A DNA stretch of 64,000 nt from contig CM082598.2 of NCBI GenBank assembly GCA_040954595.2, positions 1,302,001 through 1,366,000 on the forward strand, in the 5' to 3' direction. This DNA comes from Balanoglossus misakiensis (lineage: Eukaryota; Animalia; Hemichordata). Positions 1-12,398 of this stretch are shown one piece after another. Both the position numbers and the translations under genes were made by a program. The notes under the pieces are model-generated. The model ran no database searches. It was not told the DNA's origin and worked only from the letters and a program-made list of their open reading frames with translations. The first letter of the stretch is position 1, and every line of letters begins with the position of its first letter.

Positions 1-1304
1 AGGATCTGGAAAAAGGGAACGAGAAAGACGAGAAATCTGTTGTATCCAATGCAGGGGAAAATAGTGCAGATGAGGAAGAAGACCAGAATACTAAAAATGA
101 AAGCGATATCTCAGAAGATCAGAAACCTCAAATGGATAAACTTGTCTTGGAAGATGTCAGAAATGTTGATGGAGAAGAGCAGAACAGTTTAGACAGCAGC
201 GATAGTGATTTAGAAGTCAATGACCTAGTAAAGGAAAGTCGTTTCCAACCGACAGCAAAACCATTTATACCCCAGAATAGTAATTTGAAATCTAAGAATA
301 AGATGGCTTCTACCACTGCCTCTTTGTCATCGAAGCCCTTGCCTCAGATGTCTAGTGTATGGTCGACCATGAATAGTCTGCCGCACTATTCTCGTGGGCC
401 GTGGGAGAGCACGTTCAAGAGTCCAAACGTGCGCGTGCAGTCGGGAGCAGCACCCCATAACACGAACCAGCTTCTTGGCACGGTCACTGCACGCCCTCAT
501 CCGCGTTTTCACAACCCCCTTCAAGGCCATACCTTGCAGGGTGCCGATTTCTTGGCGCTCGGGTATTTCCCAAACGGACCACCGTGGGCCGGATACCGTC
601 AAGCAACTCCTCCGCCCGGTCTCCAATCACCGCAACACCTTCAACACGGCATCCACGGAGATCAGAGCCCTCTCGGTTGGCCCGACTTCACTCAAAGAAA
701 CCAGCAAAGACAGCAGCCATACCCCCAACAACAGTTGCCATATCAACCTCATCCTCAGCCCCTTCCTACTCAACAAAGCTGTTATCAACATCCGGGCAAC
801 TTTCAACAGCAGTATCATGCGAAATTTCCATCCAACCAGAAGCCTCAGCAACCGTCGTTTCCAGAGAATCGCACAGCTGCATTATTAGAAGATCCCAGTA
901 TTTTATCATTTGTTCCACGGGAAAAGACAACTGGGTAGGCCTCTGTCCGTCCGTCCGTCCGTCTGTCTGTCTGTCTGTCTGTATGTATGTCTTCTTCCTT
1001 TCCCGTCCCCCTCCCACGTTACCATAAATGAAGGTAATAGATGTCTTCTTCATTTTTTGTGTCATTTTACACAGGAGCACAAATGGTGTGTTCGACAGAT
1101 TTGCCGCCGAAGTTCTCCAGAACACGCGAAATCAAGTTGGTGTAGCCAACCTGCCTCCACACCACAACCAAAGTTTCGCACAGAATTCGACCAGACTCAA
1201 ACCACCGAACCAATGCCAGTTTGAGGCCTCACACTTGACGCCCCCACATGGACCATCGGTTCCTTCAAATAAAGTGAAAACACAGCACCTGGTGCCTGGC
1301 TTTC

Positions 1305-1338
<34 letters not shown>

Positions 1339-1618
1339 GCGCGTTCCCGGCATGCATCATGATAGTTCACACATGCAGCAAGGCTTTCCCGGCATGCAAC
1401 GGAATTTACAAACGACACAAAACAACGGGCAGCTGCAGCAGACGACTTCCTTCAACTTCAACTACCACCAAAATAACCCAAACGCCCGCCATGTTGTCGT
1501 CCCTTCACAGGGACAAGCCACTTTTCAAACGGAGACCGGAAGCACTCTCGGAAACGATGCCAATTTTCGGCATTTGAATGCAAGTAATGGCTATAAACCT
1601 CAATTTACACACCAATAA
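1..1618 (+). CDS. 3' part of an unidentified gene: acidic region, PAM2-like motif, Pro/Gln-rich low-complexity C-terminus (5' end outside window)
   Basis: Frame is open from base 3 (DLEKGNEKDEK...) to a donor at 934|GTAGGC. Intron 935-1074 ends in TTTTACACAG. The phase-2 junction GG|G joins the frame of the 1028-1618 ORF; stop TAA 1616-1618; AATAAA 1725-1730. Contains SRFQPTAKPFIP and a Q12 tract. Confidence 0.75.
944..990. repeat. (CCGT)n/(CTGT)n/(ATGT)n compound microsatellite in intron
   Basis: Directly visible tetranucleotide runs. Confidence 0.9.
1304..1339 (+). repeat. (CAA)n coding trinucleotide repeat, polyQ (Q12)
   Basis: CAA run in frame within the last exon. Confidence 0.9.
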
Positions 1619-2758
1619 TGAACACACAAAACAATCTGACTTAGCATCTTGTTTTAGCATCATGAAGAGAGGTCATGTGACTCTCAAGTCGAAGCAATGT
1701 TTTGTTATAAAAAGAAATTATTACAATAAAGCACTTGATATTCTCTGTCTGCCTTACATCCATCTTTGAACAAGTGTTGCAATTAATTTTATGTTACAAA
1801 TAATTTTACTAGTGTTTCGAATTAACTTCGTAGATCCCACAGTGCTTTGCGCACGCTTTCTTAAATCAGCGTGGCGGCGACTGAGAAGGGCTCTCCTCGT
1901 ATTAAGTTCAAAAAGGGGCCGTTGTACAAGTTGTGAGACGTTTTAGGGTTGTTCGTCGTCCAATATAAATGAAGTGTGGTCGATAACGGTGATCGGTGCA
2001 CGAGTTTTGGTCCACAGAATGGCAGACACCATGGATGAGTTTGGAAGACATCTATCCACGTCGCGTCGTAAGTGCGTTTGAGTTGAGTGTCGAATGATGG
2101 ATGAGGTTACGACCGGGTTAGGATGACGTAACCTCATGGGTGAACTCTCTTACCTATTAGGGTCGTCAGTTCGAACTTTGAACTTCAGCTAGTCTCTCTT
2201 GCCTGTATTTTGTACAGATCATCAAAGTTCCTTGCCCTACCTCATACATGTATTGTGTCTTTTAATCCGCATATCTACACAACCTGTGTACGCCTAATGA
2301 TTATTTGTCAAGATATGGTTTAACATGTTTAGACAATCGGTCACTGACCTAAAAGGCTAAACGTATCTGAACACTCATTTGAATATCGGTGTAGTGTATG
2401 AACGACAGGTGCATCCATGCTATTTGCATATTGTAGGTATTTATAGTTTCGTGTAATCGACTTTGAAAACGAAGACGCGACAACAGTACGTTATTGCATT
2501 TTAATCGAAGTAATTGATTTACTAATATAAATAAAGCTAAAATCATGAAATAAAAAACAACCTAGGACAAAATTAAAATAACAGCAAAATAATGACTAAT
2601 GAAGAAAGTATATACAGGAAAAATCGTATGATTGTTGCAGTCAGTGTTTGTGCGTTTGGCCACGACGGACGCTTATATCAACTTCAGACCAGTCTGTTCT
2701 GCACACGACGCCGATTTAAGTCTCTTTGGGGTCGAATTGACGCTGTGATATCTGTTAC

Positions 2759-3911
2759 CTATTTGAGGGCAATTGCGATAGCTTTTCCACTGTACTCGCC
2801 AGTAGAGGAGATGTTCAGCATGAATTTCGCCACGTCTGCTCGCGGCATAGCCGCCACAGCACCGTCGACGAACATTCTTTCTTCGACGAGAACTTCTTTC
2901 CCTGAAAACAACGTTAACACAAACGATTGTAACTAGTATCTGTCATTCGGAATATAATCTCTTTTGGTGAATTCTGAATCATTTTTAGTAGTTCTGTTTG
3001 GCTTTCCAAAGTATAATGAAACGTCCTGTATAACAGATGTCAAAACTGAAAAGTTTGAAAAGTTTTTGTTCTTACCCTTCAGTGGATGTTTGGTGAGCCC
3101 CGGTGGTCTGACCACAGTGAAGTCAATATCAGAACATTTTTCGTTGAGAAAATCTTCCATTACGGCCATATTGGCCAGAATTCTTCCAAGAAGAAGTGGT
3201 TTCACTAGCCATTCGATCACCCAAGGGCCGGGATCCTTGGAATCGTCTGTGAGAGAGCGAACGCAAATCATGGGGTTATTGTAAAAAATCGTCTTGACCA
3301 AATTGATTTTAAATAAGTGACCAAGCCTACTTACATCTCGTGCACCATGACGTCATGCATATAAGTCTCTTCACTCCCGCCCTACGCATCGCCTTCACAA
3401 TAATCTCCATAGTGTCTGTGTATAGGGTAACTTTTGCAAAAAACGACTGCGAGAAAGACGAAGACTTTGTACTTCTACCAAGGCACGACAACACGGCGTC
3501 TTGGCCTTCGAAAACTTTCTTCAGATCGGTATCTTGGGCCAGGATATCGCCTTTAACGATCTAAACATTGGAGGAAGAAATACAAATTTCTCGTGTTTCC
3601 GAAAACCGTCCTTAAAGCATAAACAAGTTTTGTCGTTTTGCTGCGTTCCAGTATTGGCCAGCCAAATTCCCATAGTTCCAGTCATCAGGGTTCTATTCCG
3701 GGAAAGGGAAAAAAGTGATCGCATTCAAGCAAGAGTTTTGTCTTGCACTCGTATAACGTATAAGTTTGTGTCTCACCTTTAGATTTTTGTGTTGCATGGT
3801 TAGATTGCCGGGAGTTCTCACAAGAGCCACGACATGATGTCCTTGATCGAGGGCTTGCTGAACGACCTCTCGTCCGGTACCGCCAGTGGCGCCAAGTACT
3901 ACAAGCTTCAT
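2759..3911 (-). CDS. BLVRB: Flavin reductase (NADPH)/biliverdin reductase B-like, atypical SDR
   Basis: Exons 3911-3777, 3560-3335, 3246-3076, 2901-2759, all GT-AG and in phase. Motifs: MKLVVLGATGGTG (Rossmann GxxGxxG), GQDAVLSCLG, TVVRPPGL, PRADVAKFML. Orthology to BLVRB is by family resemblance. Confidence 0.85.
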
Positions 3912-5312
3912 GTCGGTCACTGGCCAAGTCTCAGTGCAACTTGTTGTCGCAGTCGTTGGTTAGACCGTCTCCGCCCAAATACACTGAGCTCAAAGTTTCA
4001 GGTAATTATAAAGGGTAAAAAGAAGAGGCTGTGATTGGTTGGCTATTATTATAATCCTAATCAGTAATTTGTTATGATGGAGATCAACATTGTATTTACT
4101 TTGAAACCAGCTAGGGCGGGCGGGGAGAGGGGGGGGGTCATATATTGCTTAGTCACCCACGGTAAAATGCACTGGGGTCACGGAAACCACTGCGTCACTT
4201 AGCAACCGTAGTGTTTGTAAAATCGTGAAAATAAGACATGACACAAAATAATTTGCATATTTAACGTATATATTAGTTTTATTAATTACAAATCTTGATA
4301 TTATTTTCATTTTGTACAGAAAATTTTCTATCAGTATTGTAAATGGTGCGTTTCTGTAAACAGTATCTACAAAAGTTTACAATGAAAAACGTTTGGTCTA
4401 GGCCTATAAAAATATTCAATGTTATAGACTTCAAGATGTTTAGTTCGGCTTGCATATCAGTCAAAACAATCGGACAATTATTTTAACCATGCTCGTTCGG
4501 ATATTCCAGTCATTCACTTGGGGGGGGGGGGGCAGATTCCTTTCACTTTTGTGAGGAACGTAACTGCAACTTACAGAGAATTCGTGTAAAACCGATAAAT
4601 GAATAATAATTTAAAACCTACACGACACTGAACATGCAGGGTGTTTGCCAGACAAGATGAGCAGCAAGCAGACACTCGCTGGGATCTAGACGTACAGTTC
4701 AAAGTTCAGCTGCGTCTTACTGAGATGTCCTTGCATAAAGTCACATATTTCCTAGAAGTCTTATATCAAGATCACTTGTAGCCCGCGTGAAGTTTTTAAT
4801 CAAATCAAGACTGTCGCCAAAGATAGTTTCAGGGCCATCGTGATAGAGTATAACAAACCCCCAGAACTTTCTGAGGTTCCTTTCATTGCTAGTGGTTCCA
4901 TAGTGAATACTAACTTTTACAGGGAAGTCATAAAAATAGGAAATTCGGGCAAATGAAAAATCGTTAACATCCCAGAAACGTCTTTAAATTAAATGAAACA
5001 CCGTCTTATTGTTTTCACATTGTCTCGTCCTTACAAAAGGCGATTGAAATCGGCGACTGGTTTGACATAATCCGGAATACTGACACCGGCTTCTTGAATC
5101 TTGGACCGAACGCGTCGAAAGGCCTTACATCCGAAGCTCTATCCTCTAATCGAGAAAACTAACTTCCAAGCAAGCCACATAGTCCGTTCGACCGTCCTTG
5201 CCAAAGCGAAGCGTCGATCCAAAGGTGGGTGACCTCTGAAATTTAGAGCGCTAGGGTGTTGCCATGGTCACAGGCGCGTCATCATAGAGTCATCCAGGGA
5301 AGCTGATACACT

Positions 5313-7287
5313 TCACATGACTTGGGTTTGTGAGTTGTGTTGCTTTTGCAATATAAGCGAGTTCCTTTGCCTTTGAGTGACAGTCTTTTTAAGTTGTTCG
5401 TAGAAGATGAACATGAAGACATTCCACGAGCCAAGACGCATAAACGAAGGCACGAACCTAGAAAAAAAACAGAGCCACCAATAATCATTAGAGAGGGTTC
5501 CATTTTGTTTATATTAAACTCATGCGTGCTGAAATTATTAAAAACTGCGTACTTCAGTCAACAAAAGTTTCCAGGTACAAACTACATATTACAGGTCGAC
5601 GCCCTCTAATCTATGATGTAAGTCTCTTACGTCAGTGTGTATTTTATTTGCACGTGACCTAATCCAGTGATAACAATGGCATGATCTGTTTGTCTGTGAT
5701 TGTTTTGAAGACAACAGCGATTTCTATCGACACGAAAAAAACTCACCCTTTATAGAAAGACTTTGCTCCGCCTTCTCTGAACATCGTGATGGCACAATCG
5801 ATTGCGCCCTTGTACTGGCCCGGGCTCGAGTTCATGAACCTCGTCTTCACGACGTCGATAGGAGACGCTATACATGTCGCCACGAAGCCAGCAAGGAACG
5901 CGGAAACGAAGTGACAAGGAAGGCTGTCAGACAACAACTTGAGGGAAAGAATCTTCTCTTTTGTGACGTCATAGACAACCAGTTCGGCAGAATTGATCAC
6001 AGCGTTGCGAGTTATGTTCGGTAAAAGGCCTTTGGGAGAAAAAAACGATATTTATTTAACATTTGTATAATATATGAAAACGAACGGATTCTTTTTATAA
6101 CTTTGCCCGTCTGTTTCTCTCGATCTTTCACGTTCTCTATTTGCATATCTGTCTGTATGTCTGCCTGTCTGTCTCTCTTCGGCCGAAAAAATACACCTTT
6201 TCAATATAACTCACCTCTCCAAAGCCCTTTAACTCCGTCAGCTTTGACGATTTTCTTGTAAGCATCAAGAGCGCCGTTGTATCGCTTTGGTCCACCACTG
6301 CCGCTGCGCTGAGCTTGGAGGCGCACTTTAACAACATCTGTTGGCTGGGCAACGGAGATTGCTAGAGCACCGGTTGTCATGCCAGCAAGGATACGAGTGA
6401 AAATTGCACTACCTGGAATATCTGTTGAAATTCAGACGAAAATACACTTTCGTTAGACAAGTTGTACTGGAAGGGGCTTTCGTTAAAGGATGACTAAAAT
6501 CGGTTTCAGTTCCATAGGAAATGGAAACGTCTTGTAATATAACAGAATTTCGAGTACAGCTAATATTATGCATAAAATTCGATACTCACTTTGAGAAATT
6601 GCACTTTGGTAGGTCTGTTTGACGGAGTCGTAGAGGCCTATACGAACAGATGCAAAGGTCATCTGGCGTTGAAGACCTGCATTCAAACCATTATAGAGGG
6701 CGCGCGGTCCTTCTGTTCTAACGATGGTGGTGATAGTTCCAAAAAGACCGCTGTAACGCACAGATGTCTTTACAGTACTCTTTGTAATGGCCCCTCTAGG
6801 AGTTGGGCCCTGAATCTGTGTAGAAACATAGATCAGAACCCAGCTTATTAACATGTACAAGATAACATCCTTACTGGCAAAATCATTGCCATCGATAGTT
6901 AAGCAACCATGATTTGGCAAGCAAGGAAAAAGTCATTTAAAAAACGTTGTTTGGCTACAACCAAATGTTGTTGGAAATACATGTACTAGTAAATTCTACG
7001 TACCCTAATTACATATGCAAATAAGCCACTGTTGTGAATGAATAATACAATTTTCACCCAATGAGCATCGAGCATTCAGGTAAAACGTTTTGACATGCAA
7101 ATAATTACGCGTCACGTGAGGAGTATCGCCCAATCGGGAAAGAGTTGCATCATACCTGCAATCGCACTTTGGCAGTGTCCAACGGGAACGTGATGACATC
7201 GGCCATACAGGCAGCCGTCCCGGCGCAAGCGAATTTCACGCCAATCGATGGCTGAGCTTCAGCGGGTTTGTAAATAGTCTTGGGCAT
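5313..7287 (-). CDS. Mitochondrial uncoupling protein, UCP2/3-like paralog A (SLC25)
   Basis: Coding exons 7287-7156, 6815-6590, 6421-6215, 6029-5747, 5457-5313, intact. Three carrier signatures ([31 protein letters not shown]) plus UCP-type [17 protein letters not shown] and [14 protein letters not shown]. Putative leader exons ~9360-9280 and 7706-7476; the first coding exon starts at acceptor 7338. Confidence 0.95.
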
Positions 7288-7536
7288 TTTTATAACAATG
7301 TAAATCGTCGAAATGTAAAAGATATTCTTATCAAAACACTGGTAAAAGGAAAGAGAAGATTTATCGGCATTAGTAAATAAGAAACCTCGGTCTCATTTTG
7401 CAAAATGTCGATTGTAATGAACGAAGTTGAAACTGGCATTTCATTAAATAACATACAAAAGAGAAAAACACTCACCTCTTAAAGAACAATATGATCCCTG
7501 GCAGTTATTAAATGACTACAGTCAACAGAATCTTCG

Positions 7537-7698
7537 TTAGAGTTCTGAGGATAATGTGTTACTGTAACAGACCCGAAAATCGTCTTCGCTGTAGTAATTA
7601 CTATGATATCGTAGAAAACTGATTTCTTGTATATTTTTTGAAGTCTTTAGTCTCATAGGAATTAACGATGTCAATATTCGGGTGGGGTTTGTAGCCAT
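7537..7698 (-). CDS. 53-aa upstream ORF (candidate micropeptide) in leader exon 2 of UCP paralog A
   Basis: ATG 7698 to TAA 7537: MATNPTRILTSLIPMRLKTSKNIQEISFLRYHSNYYSEDDFRVCYSNTLSSEL*. Lies in an exon bounded by polypyrimidine-CAG|7706 and 7476|GTGAG. Aligns without gaps to 17022-17183. Confidence 0.8.
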   Translation of the reverse strand: MATNPTRILTSLIPMRLKTSKNIQEISFLRYHSNYYSEDDFRVCYSNTLSSEL

Positions 7699-8278
7699 TA
7701 AATTATCTGTAATGCAAAAAAGGAAAAAAGGTTGTCTTTAGTTTTGCGTGAAGATATCGATGGAGTCCGCTTTTGATGTTTTAAAAGAAACATTCAGTGA
7801 TGTGAATAACATTCTATTATACACCTTGTTTTTAGCGACTCCGGGTTTATTGTCGCGTTTTTTGGCTCTCGCCAAGTTCGCGAAAATTTTCCCCGTATGC
7901 TGTTTTACGGAAACTTCTACCGAAGAATGATATTATTGCATCACTTTCGCGTATGTAAATTAGTTCAGCCGGGTCTGTGTTTTACTTCATGCTAATAGTT
8001 ATTTGCGTTAAAGTTAAGACTGATGCTCGCATTCAGTATAGCAAGTCACGGTGGTGTTATGTTTTACATCCCGTCGGAGGCAGTTTGCCTTCGATAAAAG
8101 TGATTCGCCGTGAATTTCACAATGAAAGTTCACCGAAAGGTTTCCGAGTACGCATCAGCTGGGCGCTGAGTCTCTGGAACGCACGTAGCACACGTCGCTG
8201 GATGATTGCCAGCACTTTCATTAGTACAGTTCAATGACTGACTCTCAGCGAGTTTGCGCAAACAGACCCGGCGATTTC

Positions 8279-8340
8279 GACGTCACGGTGTGTTAACCAA
8301 TGAGCGGCCGTCAATCCGACACACCTCCACGGACGCCCAC
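8279..8340 (-). promoter_or_regulatory. Intron-1 module conserved with paralog B (GGAGGTGTG / ATTGG / GTGACGTC)
   Basis: Reverse complement aligns to 16187-16250 with the same 10-nt gap between ATTGG and GTGACGTC. Confidence 0.55.
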
Positions 8341-9383
8341 GATTGAAAACAACATCATCGCTCCGCTGATCATCTCCGGCAAGCTAACGTGAATTTCTTT
8401 CTTTCCATTTTTCCGTTTTTCCGTAGTTGTCTATCCATAAGCCTCCTTAAATAGCCAGACATGGTGTTTTCATGTTGATGAGCGTTACCAAACGTCCGAC
8501 ATCGAGCATAAACCTAACACGGGCAATTTTACACGGCAAAAACAGTAAGCTTACGGGTTCGTAATTTCCTTGCCATGGTCCAAGCTTCCGGGTGACATAG
8601 AGTCCGTTTTCGAATTTTTCCTCTGCCTCCTGATGTACGCGTTTCTAATCTCACGTCGTTTTTGTTGAAATTCCGGCATTTCAACCGTCATGCCTTTCAA
8701 CCGGTCGTGTTACTGGCTTCCATACGTATACAGGCAGGCAGACTGGTCCAAAACGCCCGTTTGCGGGACGTCGATCCACATCGCACGGCTTGCGAACATT
8801 TTTCATTCATTCCGTTTAAACACCAACATCATGTCCGTGCGAAGAACCGAACGTCAGGCTAATCAAATTCGAAGATTTTAAGACAGCGTTGATAACCTTC
8901 ACCCGGTCCCAAGTCATAATTGAAAACCATCAGAAGGCGATATGTCGACGGAGTGCCCGATGTCTCACCGAGGAATTTCATGACAACAGCCCGGTACGAT
9001 GGAATAATTGCAAAGACAAAATTCCGCTCAACTGGTCCTAAACGGGGAAAAACATCATATTAGTAAATAATATTTCGGAGCAATGTAAGCGCGAATATTT
9101 TCAACGATTTTCATGGTTTTTTTCATTCATATAAATTCGATCATAGTCATTAGATTTGACGTTTCTCTTGGCTGTAAGAAACAATGTTACGCTTATCCGT
9201 AAATCTAAAGTGCATATATTAAAAAGAAAAAGTTGAATATCAATATAAATATTTTTTTGAGTCGTGCTCAGATATTTACCTTAGATCTCCTGAATGTTGA
9301 AGGAGTTCCCAGGCTTGTAATGTCCATACATAAGAGTGTCCGTCGCCGTTGTAGTCGTCGTGCGGAATACTGGAGCATGTCGC

Positions 9384-9450
9384 TTTTTTATGTATTCATA
9401 CGCCGGCCTACGATAAACATGCCTCTGACACTCCCCCAGTTTCAACCAAT
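9384..9450 (-). promoter_or_regulatory. Core promoter of UCP paralog A (inverted CCAAT, TGTCA, TGTTT, CATAAAA TATA-like box)
   Basis: Same motif order and offsets (0/+20/+31/+58) as 15173-15237. A downstream donor at 9280|GTAAAT matches paralog B's 15337|GTAAAT. Confidence 0.65.
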
Positions 9451-11289
9451 GGGCTGAGTCTGCGCATGTCTCCATCTATGGCGCTGGCCAATCACACGCC
9501 GGAGCCAACGTCCTTAAAGTGACGTCAGCTTAGCTAATCACAGTTGGGAGCCTGCGATTTCTTGGAGACAAACACATTCTTTCTTACGGTGGTTCAACGC
9601 GGTCACTCCACACAAGTCAATGCAGCGTTACAATGCACGCTGACGTAGTATACAAGAAGGAAGAATGTGTAACTGTCTTATTTGCGTACGTGTCGTCAGC
9701 TGATCGCTGTTTCACCGGTTTGAAGCGGACGGACGCACGACTTCACACGGTCGACTTGACCGGCCGGCGAACTCCAATTTTTAACTGATCACTCAGCTAC
9801 AGTGATTATTTGTTACTTAATTATTAATGATTATAAATAATGCCAGGAGTTTCTGTAAAATCATGAAAGTGTATCCACTTCAACAAATCTCGCACCTGCT
9901 TTGACCAGCCTGTAAACAATCTTGCGCGATGTTAAAGAAGTCAAAAACAGCGATGTTTTTTTTCTGTCAAATCCAGTCTTAATTTTGATTTGATTATGTC
10001 CCAAATTCTCCTAAAGAGGTTGCATATTCAAATATACCCGAACAATGATACATCACCCAGCACTAAAGTGCCGAATTTCGCTGTTAAAGACTTTGAGAGA
10101 ATTATCACTTTCTCCTTTTTCTCATTTGTCACCCTAACATGTCGGTCATGGTCACACCTTGACCGGTTTACCTCAACTAAACAAAGCCGCCATTTTGAGA
10201 ATTTGAACACGTGGGTGGGATAAATGTTTTTTGGAAAACAGTTCGTTTTCACCTTCAGACCGCTGCAAGACTTTTACCTGTGTGTCAGTGTCCTATAGGC
10301 CTAAGGGAACCCATATGACGTCATCAGCAGTACCGACGATTAACTTTCTATTATATGTTTCATTGTTCGTTGCAATAAAAGAAAATCCCCCTTTTTGTCA
10401 ACACGACACTCTGAATGCCTTCAGACGTCGGGATTGCGACAAACACCTGCATATGCCGTTCACCTATTCAGAAACGCTGTATAGTGTACTATTCACGCTG
10501 AATCATACCTCAACAAGGGCGACGCGACCTCTCACCGAACTTGCGCAGTAGAAGTAGGGAATTCCTTTTCGATTCGACGAGGTCTGACGTCAACACTGTC
10601 TACAGCAACGGAGATCGCTATGCGACGTAAACATAGATTACGCGTGCGGTGTGTCAACCGGTTGAATCTGGACTCTAATCCAATGTCTTCAAGATATTTT
10701 CAAAAACTTCAAAATAAATAGGACCTCCTTTACCTTCTTTGGTACGGTGACTGTCGTGAGAAAAAATATGCGAACACGCCAAAGCCGGTTGGGTCACTGA
10801 CATACTTTATGGGAGTCGTTTTTTGAGGAAAAAGTACATTTGTAAATCAGCACACAATAATTTGTGCAGTTAATTGTGTAATTCAGTGTCGATTTCTGAG
10901 CCGAGATGCATTTCAAGTTTTATTTTTCTAGTGGGCGGAATTATACCTGCCAGGAAAAACAATAGTCAATATTTCAAAGTTAAGGTAAAACAATGTAGAT
11001 CCTGTCAACTGTAATACAAAATCCGTGGACATTCATAGTCCTACGAGTGTCCGACCATAGCGGACTTGCCCCATGGTCCGGGTTCGGGAGTATGGAGGCA
11101 CAGCCAAAGCCGGACACTCTCGCCATACATTTAATAACCCTTCTGGGTAGTTGTGTTGTTGTATACATATACTGAACTGGATTAATTGTCAAAACAGTGT
11201 AGGCAGCTAATAACCTCGTTTAATGTCGTCTGCTGTTTAAACAAACAACTAAATATATCACTCTGTCTTACGCAAATTTGGAGGCTCGC

Positions 11290-12060
11290 CATATTGGCAC
11301 AATCTGATTGGCTGACAGGGACATCGCCCCCTGAAATCAATCGTGAACTATGGACTCTGTGTGTTTTTTTCTTTGTCAGCTATGCGAATGGTCTGAAGTT
11401 GCTACTATGGTATTGCCGGTTATGACCACTTAGCATATCACGTCGCCTATCGACGTCAGTAAAAATGTGCATGAAATAGTGTACTCTGATATGGCAGATC
11501 GTATTTCTGTTCGGACAATTTTATCTCCAGCTCGGATTGCATGTAATGCGATCTGATCGGATCGGTTGCTGTTTGTGTCAGCTGATGTTTTTGTCTGGTA
11601 AATATTCGGGGGCTTGGCACGGATTTCTTCGTGTGATTGGTTCAGATCGGACAACGCCCCCAAAAGTAGCACTCGGATTGGTGGAGCGTCCTAATCTCTT
11701 TGTCGGCTGTCACGGGGATCTAAAATCAATGTTTTCGTGTCCTTCACGCGCTGCCTTCAAAGTCATATTTTACTGACAGTGTATTTGATGTCGCGTGACT
11801 CAGCAGATATTCTCAGTTTGGATCAGCTGACCCTGGAACGCTTCCAAAGACCTCACGAAGATTCGCTTCACTGATTGTGGCCTTTAAACCGTATTGCTTA
11901 TGCAAATACGGGGGCTCGCCACGCTGGCTTGTCCTGATTGGCTGACGCGGCCAGCGCCCACTAATCCTGTGCTCACATTGGCTGTTAACGACCACGTGGT
12001 AACATAGTGGAACAATATCTTCTCTAGCAGCGCACTGGCATAGTTTTTGATGCGTCAGCA
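11290..12060. promoter_or_regulatory. Candidate shared enhancer between the divergent UCP genes (CCAAT cluster, ARE, Maf/CRE-like sites)
   Basis: About six ATTGG boxes; GATTGGCTGAC at 11306 and 11936; perfect ARE GTGACTCAGCA 11795-11805; TGATGCGTCAGCA near 12048; locally CpG-rich. Confidence 0.45.
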
Positions 12061-12354
12061 AATTTACAGGTACGTTATGCGTTGCGTTGTTTCCCTTTAT
12101 TAACCGAATGATACATTTAACAATGTATTCAACTCAAAATGGGACGAAATTAAAAGTTGTGTTTGGTCTATAAATGGTAGATTCATACCAATCCATAATG
12201 TTAGTAATTCAGGTTTATATACAACATGAAATAATAAGCATATTGATGGAAAAAAAACATCTGCTACGCAGAAGAACAACTACATCCGGTAACACATTTT
12301 CTCCAGATTAAAATGTTGGAATACCGCTTGCCAATCCATCATGGAAAATGCTTA

Positions 12355-12398
12355 GTCAGTACATAGACCCTAGTAGAGAAAGAGGTCTATGGTCAGTA
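12355..12398. mobile_element. 30-bp micro-MITE or DNA-transposon remnant with 8-bp TIRs and 7-bp flanking direct repeat
   Basis: GTCAGTA-[CATAGACC...GGTCTATG]-GTCAGTA. Confidence 0.5.

Noticed and set aside
327-1224. Overlapping alternative-frame and antisense ORFs over the first gene
   Set aside because: Shadow ORFs of a GC-richer coding exon and microsatellite; only one frame splices consistently.
1800-2200. CpG-rich patch between converging 3' ends as a possible ncRNA or tRNA
   Set aside because: No cloverleaf, A/B boxes or convincing stem structure recognised.
5313-7287. UCP paralog A as a truncated pseudogene (the ORF track shows only fragments)
   Set aside because: All five coding exons were found with canonical splice sites, correct phases and no stops.
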